A stretch of 32,000 nt of DNA from Desulfotalea psychrophila LSv54 (GTDB taxonomy: Bacteria; Desulfobacterota; Desulfobulbia; Desulfobulbales; Desulfocapsaceae). Of the stretch, positions 9,107-17,869 are shown piece by piece. The stretch spans positions 1,050,001-1,082,000 of the forward strand of contig NC_006138.1 of assembly GCF_000025945.1 (NCBI RefSeq). The letters are read 5' to 3'. A program made the translations under genes and the position numbers. Position 1 is the stretch's first letter; the number at the start of each line of letters is the position of its first letter. The notes under the pieces were generated by a model. The model did not search any database. It was not told the DNA's origin and worked only from the letters and a program-made list of their open reading frames with translations.

Positions 9107-10288
9107 CTAGAGAGCAGCTTTATATATATTTTTTACATCGATATCTCTAAGGATACGTGGATTGGTAAGGCCACAGGCATCTTTTTGGGCATTAGCTGTC
9201 ATGGTGTCGATGTCTTCTGCTTCTACATCTTTGCCATAACGTCTGCCTAGCTCTTTAAGGCCAGATGGAATACCAACATCTTTAGAAAGTTGCTCTATGG
9301 ATTGAATGGCAAGCTCTGCCGCATCACGTTCTGAAAGTCCAGCGACATCTTCACCCAGTAATTCTGCAATTTTTGCATAACGTCCAACCTTGGCAATAAG
9401 GTTAAAGCGACTCACATGGGGAAGGAGGATGGCATTACACTCGCCATGGGGCAGGTCGTAGAAACCGCCAAGCTGATGAGCCATAGCATGAACGTGACCA
9501 AGACTTGCATTGTTGAATGCCATGCCGCCAAGGTACTGGGCGTAGCACATGCCCTCTCGTGCATCAATGTCACTGCCATTAGCAACGGCAGGACGAAGAT
9601 GTTGGGAGATGAGTTGAATAGATTTTTCTGCAGCAGAGTCGGTAAGTGGGGTAGCTGCAGTAGAAACATAGGCTTCAATTGAGTGAGTGAGTGCGTCCAT
9701 ACCAGTGGCTGCGGTAAGTGCAGGTGGCATTCCCATCATTAACATTGGATCATCGAGGGCGATACCTGGAGTTACTCGCCAATCAACGATGGCCATTTTT
9801 ACCTTACGGCTGGTATCGGTGATGATACAGAAACGAGTCATCTCAGAGGCTGTACCTGCTGTGGTGTTTACTGCAATATAAGGAGGCATTGCCTGGGTAG
9901 ACTGATCTACTCCTTCGTAATCATGAATGGTGCCACCGTTGGCAATAACAAGGCCAATGCCTTTGCCGCAATCGTGGGATGAACCACCGCCAAGGGTGAT
10001 AAGACTATCACACTCACCATCTTTATATGCCTGTTCACCTTCAGCAACATTGAGATCGGTTGGATTGGGGATAGTCTTGTCATATATTACGTATGTCATT
10101 CCTGCCGCATCACAGAGATCGGTGATCTGCTTGGTGATTCCAGCGCCAGTAATTCCTTTATCAGTAACAATGAGAGGCTTTTTTCCACCAAGTGACTGGA
10201 GGCGTGCAGGGATTTCTTTAGCAGCGCCAATACCGATAAGAGTTACGCTTGGGATAAAAAAACCGTTTACTTGTTCACGAATAGCCAT
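9107..10288 (-). CDS. iron-containing alcohol dehydrogenase (paralogue 2)
   Basis: 393 aa, same Fe-ADH motifs; very similar to paralogues 1 and 3. Confidence 0.96.
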   Translation of the reverse strand: MAIREQVNGFFIPSVTLIGIGAAKEIPARLQSLGGKKPLIVTDKGITGAGITKQITDLCDAAGMTYVIYDKTIPNPTDLNVAEGEQAYKDGECDSLITLGGGSSHDCGKGIGLVIANGGTIHDYEGVDQSTQAMPPYIAVNTTAGTASEMTRFCIITDTSRKVKMAIVDWRVTPGIALDDPMLMMGMPPALTAATGMDALTHSIEAYVSTAATPLTDSAAEKSIQLISQHLRPAVANGSDIDAREGMCYAQYLGGMAFNNASLGHVHAMAHQLGGFYDLPHGECNAILLPHVSRFNLIAKVGRYAKIAELLGEDVAGLSERDAAELAIQSIEQLSKDVGIPSGLKELGRRYGKDVEAEDIDTMTANAQKDACGLTNPRILRDIDVKNIYKAAL

Positions 10289-10372
10289 GATTTCTCCTCA
10301 CTTGTCTGGTTTGTATTTGTATGACATGTATTGATATATGCCATTACACATATTGATATATGTCTTTTTTAA

Positions 10373-10388
10373 AGCAATAGGCATGCCA
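10373..10388 (-). promoter_or_regulatory. sigma54 (-24/-12) promoter for adh paralogue 2
   Basis: Minus-strand TGGCAT-GCCTA-TTGCT. Confidence 0.85.
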
Positions 10389-10443
10389 GTTTGTGTTTGT
10401 GCCTTATTTCCGATGGATGGGGTGATGGAGCGTTTTGTGGGGG

Positions 10444-10458
10444 GAACGTTTTTGTCCC
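10444..10458. promoter_or_regulatory. proximal candidate activator site, adh2
   Basis: GAACGTTTTTGTCCC with perfect right half TGTCCC; 56 bp from the promoter edge. GGGGAA lies just outside the left half. Confidence 0.45.
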
Positions 10459-10546
10459 TTGGGGTGAGAAAAATTAGTTGATATTAATTTATGACAAAAA
10501 GATGTAGTTCGTTTTGTTGCGATTAATTGATGGCTTAGGTCGGTGT

Positions 10547-10561
10547 GGGACAAAAAGTCCC
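10547..10561. promoter_or_regulatory. distal activator palindrome 1, adh2
   Basis: GGGAC-AAAAA-GTCCC, perfect palindromic arms. Confidence 0.7.
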
Positions 10562-10577
10562 AGTGTGAATTCTAAAT

Positions 10578-10592
10578 GGGGCATTTTGTCTC
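10578..10592. promoter_or_regulatory. distal activator palindrome 2, adh2
   Basis: GGGGCA-TTT-TGTCTC, exactly 31 bp from the preceding site. Confidence 0.7.
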
Positions 10593-10700
10593 TTCGCTTT
10601 TGTTGCTTTTCTCGTTGCTGCTTGAGACCTGCTTTATAGGAAGCTAACTGTTGATGAGCTGTTCTGATAATTGGCTGATTTTTTCTATTGGCGTAGGACA

Positions 10701-10731
10701 AAAAAAAACCAGATCACCTCAGGTGATCTGG
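10701..10731 (-). terminator. rho-independent terminator of adh paralogue 3
   Basis: CCAGATCACCT-C-AGGTGATCTGG stem (10709-10731), followed on the minus transcript by TTTTTTTT. Confidence 0.93.
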
Positions 10732-10776
10732 TCCTCTAAGAGAGATGCCTCTCTTGTAAGTTCTCTGTTTTGCTTT

Positions 10777-11958
10777 CTAGAGAGCAGCCTTGTAAATTGC
10801 TTTTACATCAGCATCTCTGAGGCCACGTGGATTGGTAAGGCCACAGGCATCTTTTTGGGCATTCGCTGTCATGATATCGATGTCTTTCTCTTCTACATCC
10901 TTGCCATAACGTCTGCCTAATTCCTTAAGGCCTGCTGGAATACCAACATCCTGGGCGAGCTGTTCTATGGATTGGATGGCAAGCTCTGCCGCATCACGCT
11001 GTGAAAGTCCGGTGATATCTTCGCCCAACAGTTCTGCAATTTTTGCATAACGTCCAACCTTGGCAATAAGGTTAAAGCGACTTACGTGGGGAAGGAGGAT
11101 TGCATTACATTCGCCATGGGGCAGGTCGTAGAAACCGCCAAGCTGATGAGCCATAGCATGGACGTGACCAAGACTTGCATTGTTGAATGCCATACCGCCA
11201 AGGTACTGGGCGTAGCACATACCCTCTCGGGCGTTGATGTCACTGCCATTGGCAACGGCAGGGCGAAGATGTTGGGCAATGAGCTGAATTGATTTTTCTG
11301 CAGCGGAGTCGGTAAGTGGGGTGGCCGCAGTTGAAACATAGGCTTCAATTGAGTGAGTAAGAGCGTCCATACCTGTGGCTGCGGTAAGTGCTGGTGGCAT
11401 TCCCATCATTAACATTGGATCATCGAGGGCGATACCCGGGGTTACTCGCCAGTCAACGATGGCCATTTTTACCTTACGGCTGGTATCGGTGATGATACAG
11501 AAACGGGTCATTTCAGAGGCTGTGCCTGCAGTGGTGTTTACGGCAATATATGGAGGCATTGGCTTGGTGGATTGATCTACCCCCTCGTAGTCATGAATCT
11601 TGCCACCGTTGGCAATAACAAGGCCGACGCCTTTACCACAATCATGGGATGAACCGCCACCGAGGGTAATAAGACTATCACAACCATTTTTGCTATAGGC
11701 CTCTACACCGTGAGCAACATTAATATCGGTTGGATTTGGAATAGTCTCATCGTATACAGCATATTCCATTTTTGCCGCATCACAGAGATCGGTGATCTGT
11801 TTGGTGATTCCAGCGCCTGTAATGCCTTTGTCTGTTACAATCAGAGGCTTTTTGCCACCAAGTGATTGGAGGCGGGCAGGGATTTCTTTAGCAGCGCCAA
11901 TGCCGATAAGAGTTACACTGGGAATGAAATAACCGTATACTTGCTCTCGAATAGCCAT
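10777..11958 (-). CDS. iron-containing alcohol dehydrogenase (paralogue 3)
   Basis: Same family. Homology with paralogues 1 and 2 begins at MAIREQV, so the start at 11958 is preferred over 11994. Confidence 0.95.
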   Translation of the reverse strand: MAIREQVYGYFIPSVTLIGIGAAKEIPARLQSLGGKKPLIVTDKGITGAGITKQITDLCDAAKMEYAVYDETIPNPTDINVAHGVEAYSKNGCDSLITLGGGSSHDCGKGVGLVIANGGKIHDYEGVDQSTKPMPPYIAVNTTAGTASEMTRFCIITDTSRKVKMAIVDWRVTPGIALDDPMLMMGMPPALTAATGMDALTHSIEAYVSTAATPLTDSAAEKSIQLIAQHLRPAVANGSDINAREGMCYAQYLGGMAFNNASLGHVHAMAHQLGGFYDLPHGECNAILLPHVSRFNLIAKVGRYAKIAELLGEDITGLSQRDAAELAIQSIEQLAQDVGIPAGLKELGRRYGKDVEEKDIDIMTANAQKDACGLTNPRGLRDADVKAIYKAAL

Positions 11959-12022
11959 GAATTTTTTCCTCATTTGTATGGGTTGTCTGTGCATTATACG
12001 TCTTGCTACATGTCTTTATACA

Positions 12023-12038
12023 AGCAAGAGACATGCCA
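12023..12038 (-). promoter_or_regulatory. sigma54 (-24/-12) promoter for adh paralogue 3
   Basis: Minus-strand TGGCAT-GTCTC-TTGCT. Confidence 0.87.
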
Positions 12039-12091
12039 CTTTCTTTTTTGTGTATAGGACAGGGTCTTGTCCATATGGCCATTTTTAGGAG

Positions 12092-12106
12092 GGGACATTT
12101 TGCCTT
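12092..12106. promoter_or_regulatory. proximal activator site, adh3
   Basis: GGGACA-TTT-TGCCTT; 54 bp from the promoter edge. Confidence 0.55.
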
Positions 12107-12208
12107 CCATTTTGATTTATGGGAGGAAGAGATGTGAGGAAATGTCGAGTCTTGTTGAGTAGTAGTGTTGGTGTTTTGTTTGAGATTACAGTATGTTGTC
12201 CTGTAGGT

Positions 12209-12223
12209 GGGGCAGAATAACCC
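12209..12223. promoter_or_regulatory. distal activator palindrome 1, adh3
   Basis: GGGGCA-GAA-TAACCC, closely matches the adh1 copy GGGGCA-GAA-TGGCCC. Confidence 0.6.
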
Positions 12224-12239
12224 ACGGATGAACCTTAAT

Positions 12240-12254
12240 GGGACATTTTGTCTC
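12240..12254. promoter_or_regulatory. distal activator palindrome 2, adh3
   Basis: GGGACA-TTT-TGTCTC, exactly 31 bp from the preceding site. Confidence 0.7.
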
Positions 12255-12307
12255 CCCTTTTTGTTCTATTATACAGAAAGAGGGGGAGACGTCTGGCTTA
12301 GCTTTGC

Positions 12308-13639
12308 CTATTCGATATTAAATTTTGCCAATTTTCTATAGAGTGTCTTTCTGCTGATGCCGAGCATCTCTGAGGTCTTCTGCCGATTTCCCTGGTGGAA
12401 GTTGAGAATTTTGAGGATGTGTTCCCGTTCGATGGATTCAAGGGATAAATTTGGCACCTCTTTTGCGTCACCGAGGAGCTCGGTTGGCAGGCAACGAATG
12501 GTGATTAGGTCGTTTTCTGCCAGGATGGTGGCGCGCTCTATAACATTTCGTAACTCACGGACATTGCCTGGCCAGTTGTGGGCAAGGATGGTGCTCATGG
12601 CGCTATCATCAATAATATAGTGGCGGCCCTTCTGGGTGAGACGGGTAAGAAAAAAATCAACGAGCAGAGGCAGGTCCTCTTTGCGTTCGCGAAGGGGGGG
12701 GACATGGATTTGAAAGGCATTGATTCTATTGCGAAAGGCCTCGTTAAATCGTTCTTCTCCTTCGCTCTCTAGTAGGTCTCGGTTAGTGGCAAAGATAAAA
12801 CGAACATCTACTTGATGTTCTAGCTTTTCTCCTACCCCGCGATAGCGTTGAGTTTCAAGCACTCGAAGCAGGGAGGCCTGAACGGCCAGAGGAAGTTCGC
12901 CAATCTCATCGAGGAAGAGGGTGCCTTTATCGGCATGGGCCAAGAGGCCATCGTGGGCAGAATCGGCACCGGTAAAGGCCCCCTTTGCATAGCCGAAGAG
13001 TTCACTGCGGGAGAGTTCCTTCTGTATCGTTGCACAATTTTTTATCACTATCTCTCTGTCTGCCCTAGTGGATTTTTGATGAATAAGCTGGGCAATAACG
13101 TCTTTTCCCACCCCGGATTCTCCGGTAAGGAGGACAGATATTTGGGCCGGGGCGACCTTGTCTACCAGAAAACGGATTTCCTGAATAGCCGGAGAATCGC
13201 CAATAAACTGTACAGGGGTTTTCCCTGCCAATTTAACCATCTTCTCCTGGGCAGCCCGTGATAATTGGGTTCGCAGATGAGCTTTTTTTATCAGGAGGTC
13301 AAGCTTGTCGAGATCAAAGGGCTTTTGGATGAAATCGCAGATGCCGAATTTCATGGCCTTGACGGCTGTATCGACATCTCCGTGGCCGGAAATCATGATT
13401 ATCTGGGCATGGCTAATCTGTTCTTTCATTTGGACTAGAAGGTCGAGCCCCTCAACATCGGGAAGACGTAGGTCCATAATGATAACATCAATCTGATTTT
13501 GACTTGCCAGTTCGAGAGCTTCCTTGCCACATTCGGCGAGGAGGATCTTGCGTTCAGGGGAACGGAGTTCCTTCTCGAGGAGTCTGCGGATGCTTCTCTC
13601 ATCATCGATGACGAGGATGGAGTATTCTTGTTCATTCAT
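12308..13639 (-). CDS. sigma54-dependent response regulator (receiver, AAA+, Fis HTH)
   Basis: Receiver VIIMDLRLPDVEG, Walker A TGESGVGKD, GYAKGAFTGAD sigma54 contact loop, C-terminal Fis HTH RQKTSEMLGISRKTLYRKL. Confidence 0.97.
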   Translation of the reverse strand: MNEQEYSILVIDDERSIRRLLEKELRSPERKILLAECGKEALELASQNQIDVIIMDLRLPDVEGLDLLVQMKEQISHAQIIMISGHGDVDTAVKAMKFGICDFIQKPFDLDKLDLLIKKAHLRTQLSRAAQEKMVKLAGKTPVQFIGDSPAIQEIRFLVDKVAPAQISVLLTGESGVGKDVIAQLIHQKSTRADREIVIKNCATIQKELSRSELFGYAKGAFTGADSAHDGLLAHADKGTLFLDEIGELPLAVQASLLRVLETQRYRGVGEKLEHQVDVRFIFATNRDLLESEGEERFNEAFRNRINAFQIHVPPLRERKEDLPLLVDFFLTRLTQKGRHYIIDDSAMSTILAHNWPGNVRELRNVIERATILAENDLITIRCLPTELLGDAKEVPNLSLESIEREHILKILNFHQGNRQKTSEMLGISRKTLYRKLAKFNIE

Positions 13640-14850
13640 TACAAAATAGCCTCCGGTAATAAGACAGTAAAAGAGGCGCCTTTTTCTTGGTTATTTAAAG
13701 CAGTTATTGTGCCTTGGTGATTACTGACAATGCCGTAACAGGTAGAGAGGCCAATACCGGTGCCCTGGCCAACCTGTTTGGTGGTGAAAAAGGGGTCAAA
13801 TATTTTTTCCAGAATCTCTTCTGCAATGCCAGAGCCGGTGTCTTTAAAGATCAACTTCACTGTATTGTCCATGCCTTTGCGGGTAATAATCTCTATTTCA
13901 CCACCATCCTTCATGGCGTCAAAGGCATTAATTACCAGGTTGATAATCACCTGTTTTAGTTGGGATTCATCACCAAGAATTACCGGTAAGTTGGGGTCAA
14001 GTGTGGTTTTTACCGATATATTCTGCTGATCCTTCAGGTGATGTTGCAGGATAAAGAGAATATCACCAACGCACTGGTTGAGGCGGACTATGCTCCGGGT
14101 AGATTCAAGGGGTCTGCTAAAGGTGAGCAGGGTTTTGACAATATCTCGACAACGCAGGCATTCGGTAATGATGGTTTCTGTGTATTCATCAAAGTCTGCC
14201 ACAAGTTCATCCTCTACCCGCCCGACAAGTTTGTTTACCCGGCGTTGCAGACCTTGGGCAAAGCCACTGATAGAGGTGAGAGGGTTATTGATTTCATGGG
14301 CAATTCCCGCAGCCAGGGTGCCGACGGTGGCCATCTTTTCTGACTGGGCATATTTAACCTGATATCTTTTTTCCAGAGTCACATCTCTTTTAAAGAGAAG
14401 AACGCGACGCAATCCATTGCTATCCTTGGGCATGGGCGATGCTATCATCTCATAGTACTTAAGATGGGAGTCAATGGTGAAAGAGCAGAGATCCTTGACT
14501 ATCCGTTGCTCGGTAATTGCTAACTGGACGGGACATTCCGGACAGGGAGTTGTCCTTTTTCGCAGGATCTGATAGCAGGGGCTGCCTATTACATCGGTGT
14601 CTGGATACCATTCAGCCGCGACATGGTTTGTCTGTTGGATGATATAGTCCTCGGAAAGTACGAGCATCAGGTCGGTGATCCCATCTAGAATCAGTTGCAT
14701 CTTCTTGCGGTTTATCAGTAATTCCTGGTTGGCCTGTTCGAGCTCTTCAACCTTGTGTTGTAATGCCTTGTAAAAGCCGATCTTGCAGTGGCCAATGCCG
14801 ATGAGATCATCAAGGGTAGGGGCAGGTTTTGCGTTATTTAAACTTATCAT
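13639..14850 (-). CDS. cytosolic PAS-domain sensor histidine kinase
   Basis: H-box GTLAAGIAHEINNPLTSISGF, N-box NLVINAFDAMKDGG, G-box DTGSGIAEEILEKIFDPFFTTK. No obvious TM segment. Start within the adh4 stop region (ORF track 14892). Confidence 0.93.
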   Translation of the reverse strand: MISLNNAKPAPTLDDLIGIGHCKIGFYKALQHKVEELEQANQELLINRKKMQLILDGITDLMLVLSEDYIIQQTNHVAAEWYPDTDVIGSPCYQILRKRTTPCPECPVQLAITEQRIVKDLCSFTIDSHLKYYEMIASPMPKDSNGLRRVLLFKRDVTLEKRYQVKYAQSEKMATVGTLAAGIAHEINNPLTSISGFAQGLQRRVNKLVGRVEDELVADFDEYTETIITECLRCRDIVKTLLTFSRPLESTRSIVRLNQCVGDILFILQHHLKDQQNISVKTTLDPNLPVILGDESQLKQVIINLVINAFDAMKDGGEIEIITRKGMDNTVKLIFKDTGSGIAEEILEKIFDPFFTTKQVGQGTGIGLSTCYGIVSNHQGTITALNNQEKGASFTVLLPEAIL

Positions 14851-14852
14851 TG

Positions 14853-16001
14853 TTACCATACCTCCTGGCATATTGAGAAGAGATCTTCCCAAGAGACTGG
14901 GCGTGGGTTGGTAAGAATGCAGGCATCTTCTATTGCAACCTTACAGATTTTTTTCAGACGATCTTCTTCTGTATAGGTAATTATTTCTGAGAGTTTTGTG
15001 GCAACGGGCATTTTTGAAAAAAAATGTTCGAGCTCCATGATGCCGGCAAGGGCAGTGTCGTATTCTGTTGCCGCCTGTCTCACTGAAATAGTACGGGCAA
15101 TTTTGGCCAATTTCTTTGTGCTACATTTGAGGTGAAAGCGCATGACAGCGGGAAGAAGTATGGGGTGTATTGCCCCATGGGCAATATCGAAATAGCCGCC
15201 CAGAGTATGGGCAAGGGCATGTTCCGCGCCAAGGCTTGCATTGCTAAAGGCCATAGATGCAGAAACCGAAGCGATACTGAGTTGTTCCAGATCATCGAGT
15301 GAGCCGGTAATGATGGCTTTGGGTAGGTATTCGTAAATGAGAGCGATGGCCTGGAGTGAATGAGTTTCAGTAAAAGGGGATGCAATTTTAGAGAGATAGG
15401 CTTCAACTGCATGGGCAAAGGCATCAACTGCTGAGTGAATAATGAGTTGGGTGCTCTTGGTTGTCAGCAGGGAGGGATCTATAATAGCGAGGTTGGCCAC
15501 TATGGTACGGGTGATGATTGACATTTTCACCTTTCTGGCCATATCGGTGATGATGCAGAATTGAGAAATTTCAGAGCCACTTCCTGCCGTGGTGGTGATC
15601 AGAATCATTGGCGGCAGGGGAAGGTTGACCCGGTTAGCACCTTCATAATCTCGTATTCTGCCACCATTACTGGCGATGATGGCGATTCCTTTGGCCGTGT
15701 CGATGGCGCTCCCTCCTCCGAGAGCAATAATCACATCGGCACCTTCTTCCTGGTAAATCTTTGCCCCCTCTTCTACTTCGAAATCTCTTGGGTTGGGTGA
15801 AACATGTGAGTAATACACCGAATCAACGCCTTCTGCTTCGAGTATGCTGATCAGTTTGGCCACCCAGCCGGCCTTTTCAATGCCGGAGTCGCTGACAAGA
15901 AAGACCTTTTTTGCCCCGAGGCGTAGGGCACATTTGCCCGTATGTTTTAGGCTTCCCCGGCCAAAAATAATCTCTGGAATTGCAAACTTGGTAATGTACA
16001 T
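14853..16001 (-). CDS. divergent iron-containing alcohol dehydrogenase (adh4), first gene of the kinase/regulator operon
   Basis: GGGSAIDTAKG, DAFAHAVEAY, EHALAHTLGGYFDIAHG. Start set at MYITKFAIPEIIFG (16001). Confidence 0.92.
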   Translation of the reverse strand: MYITKFAIPEIIFGRGSLKHTGKCALRLGAKKVFLVSDSGIEKAGWVAKLISILEAEGVDSVYYSHVSPNPRDFEVEEGAKIYQEEGADVIIALGGGSAIDTAKGIAIIASNGGRIRDYEGANRVNLPLPPMILITTTAGSGSEISQFCIITDMARKVKMSIITRTIVANLAIIDPSLLTTKSTQLIIHSAVDAFAHAVEAYLSKIASPFTETHSLQAIALIYEYLPKAIITGSLDDLEQLSIASVSASMAFSNASLGAEHALAHTLGGYFDIAHGAIHPILLPAVMRFHLKCSTKKLAKIARTISVRQAATEYDTALAGIMELEHFFSKMPVATKLSEIITYTEEDRLKKICKVAIEDACILTNPRPVSWEDLFSICQEVW

Positions 16002-16512
16002 CAAACTTTCTCCTCTGTGTGCAAAAAAGAGCAATAACCTTTTTGTTCCCTGAACCAAAAAGTAACAGGAAAGATATAGCATAGTTCAGCCATGGGTGGC
16101 TCGGCTTTTATGAGGGCTCTTCGTATCTTTCAGGAATGAGGAGCTTTTTTTTTGTTTGGTGGATCAGCCGGGCAACGACTTTTTCTCAGGGATATTAACA
16201 GATAATATGTGATTCATCCTCTGATATTAAATTTTTTTGACTGATCGACTGGTAGAAGTGTTTTTTTTAGATGATATTTTGTCTTTATGGGTGATTAAGT
16301 TGTTTATGTTCGTCTGCCAATGTATTTTCTGTTTGATTCTTTTTTGCGAATAGTTATCTTGTTACTGTGGTAAGTAATAATAATTATAGATAGTTTTGTT
16401 GCTATAAAGGGTCATGGCTTTGCACGTCGCGAGCTATGATTTTTGTTTGAACATCTATTGTAAAAGAAAGGTCATGTATGGCTGTTAATCATGGAGAAAA
16501 GATCTTAGACGC

Positions 16513-17709
16513 ATGAAGAATTCAAAAGTACTGGGCAGTACCCTGATTATTGCAGGAACAAGTATCGGTGCGGGGATGTTAGCACTTCCCCTGGCTTCGG
16601 CAGGGCTTGGTTGTTTTACCTCTTTTATTATCTTATTGGTTATGTGGCTGCTTATGTCATATACGGCATTATTGATGTTAGAGGTGCATCAGCATGCCGC
16701 TAAGGACGCAACTCTTCACACTCTTGCCAGTCAATTTTTGGGCAGGCGGGGAGATATGGTGGCAACTGTTTCCATGCTTTTTTTGTTTTATGCCCTCTGT
16801 GCAGCCTATATTGCCGGCGGTGGGGCACAGTTTAACGTAAAATTAACTGATTGGTTTCATTTGGCTGTGCCACAGGAAGTGGGAACTATTCTCTTTACTG
16901 TCATTGTTGCAACTGTTGTTACCTTCGGTACCGGTTCTGTTGATATGGTTAACCGCCTACTCTTTTCGGCAAAGATTGTGGTGTTGGCGATTATGCTTTT
17001 CTTTCTTACCCCCAGTATAAATCCTGCTAATCTGGTGACCATGCCAATTCATCAGGGACTTATTCTCTCGGCATTGCCTGTTATATTTACCTCCTTTGGT
17101 TTTCATGGCAGTATTCCTGCCGTTGTTCGTTATCTTGATTTGGATATGAAGGCACTGCGCAGAGTACTTATTATCGGTTCAGCACTTCCTTTGCTGATCT
17201 ATATTCTCTGGCTTTTGACAACCCTTGGTGTCTTGAGCCAGGGAGTACTTTTGCAAAATCAAAACCTGGCCGCCTTTGTTAAGACCCTTTCGGGTTCAAT
17301 AGAGAGTAGCCAGATTGGCCGGGCTGTTTCCATTTTTGCTGATCTTGCCCTGGTAACATCTTTTCTTGGCGTAAGCCTAGGTCTCTTTGAATTTCTGGGT
17401 GATAGCCTGGGTAAGGGGAGGGGAGGTCTGTTTATTGCTTTGATTACCTTTTTGCCACCTCTGGGTTTTGCTCTTTTTTATCCACAGGGATTTATTACAG
17501 CCCTGGGTTATGCTGCTATCGCCCTTGCTGTTCTTGCTGTTTTACTTCCAGTTGCTATGGTAAAGGTGGCACGTAAGAGATACACTGGATCGGGCTTTTA
17601 TCGCGCACCCGGTGGTGGTGGCGCTTTGGTGCTGACTGGTCTACTGGGCCTTGTTATTATTGTCTCTCAAGTATTAATTAGTTTTGGCATAGTTCCCGCT
17701 ATTGGTTAA
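16513..17709 (+). CDS. aromatic amino acid permease of the Mtr/TnaB/TyrP (HAAAP) family
   Basis: KVLGSTLIIAGTSIGAGMLALPLASAGLG N-terminal signature and ~11 TM segments. Confidence 0.9.
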   Translation: MKNSKVLGSTLIIAGTSIGAGMLALPLASAGLGCFTSFIILLVMWLLMSYTALLMLEVHQHAAKDATLHTLASQFLGRRGDMVATVSMLFLFYALCAAYIAGGGAQFNVKLTDWFHLAVPQEVGTILFTVIVATVVTFGTGSVDMVNRLLFSAKIVVLAIMLFFLTPSINPANLVTMPIHQGLILSALPVIFTSFGFHGSIPAVVRYLDLDMKALRRVLIIGSALPLLIYILWLLTTLGVLSQGVLLQNQNLAAFVKTLSGSIESSQIGRAVSIFADLALVTSFLGVSLGLFEFLGDSLGKGRGGLFIALITFLPPLGFALFYPQGFITALGYAAIALAVLAVLLPVAMVKVARKRYTGSGFYRAPGGGGALVLTGLLGLVIIVSQVLISFGIVPAIG

Positions 17710-17869
17710 TTTATTCTTAATAAGAATTAACCGATGAGCTGTTGGGGTGGATTTCATGTCATGCCACTCTTTCCCTATGAAGATGGGACATAGGCATAAT
17801 AGAAAATGGAGTTGTATTTCTCTATGCATAAATACAACTATTTAAGGATATTATATCAAGGGGAAGAGG

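Noticed and set aside
9412-9682. Antisense ORFs (9412..9678 -, 9416..9682 +, and equivalents at 11082..11348 and 7857..8045) that are conserved between copies.
   Set aside because: They are conserved only because the underlying adh genes are near-identical duplicates. They lie in alternative frames of strong Fe-ADH coding sequence.
8799-12254. Repeated G-rich/C-rich short motifs considered as a CRISPR or REP-type repeat array.
   Set aside because: Units are 15 bp palindromes present only upstream of adh1-3, at promoter-relative positions. There are no regular spacers and the motif is not found elsewhere in the window.
12848-13261. 137-aa plus-strand ORF opposite the response regulator.
   Set aside because: Antisense to the highly conserved AAA+ domain coding sequence, with no recognisable family or independent signals.
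16001-16512. Search for a sigma54 promoter or GGGRCA-N3-TGTCYC site upstream of adh4 and the amino acid permease.
   Set aside because: Only partial matches such as AGCAATAACCTTTTTG were found; none satisfies the -24/-12 spacing or the palindrome.
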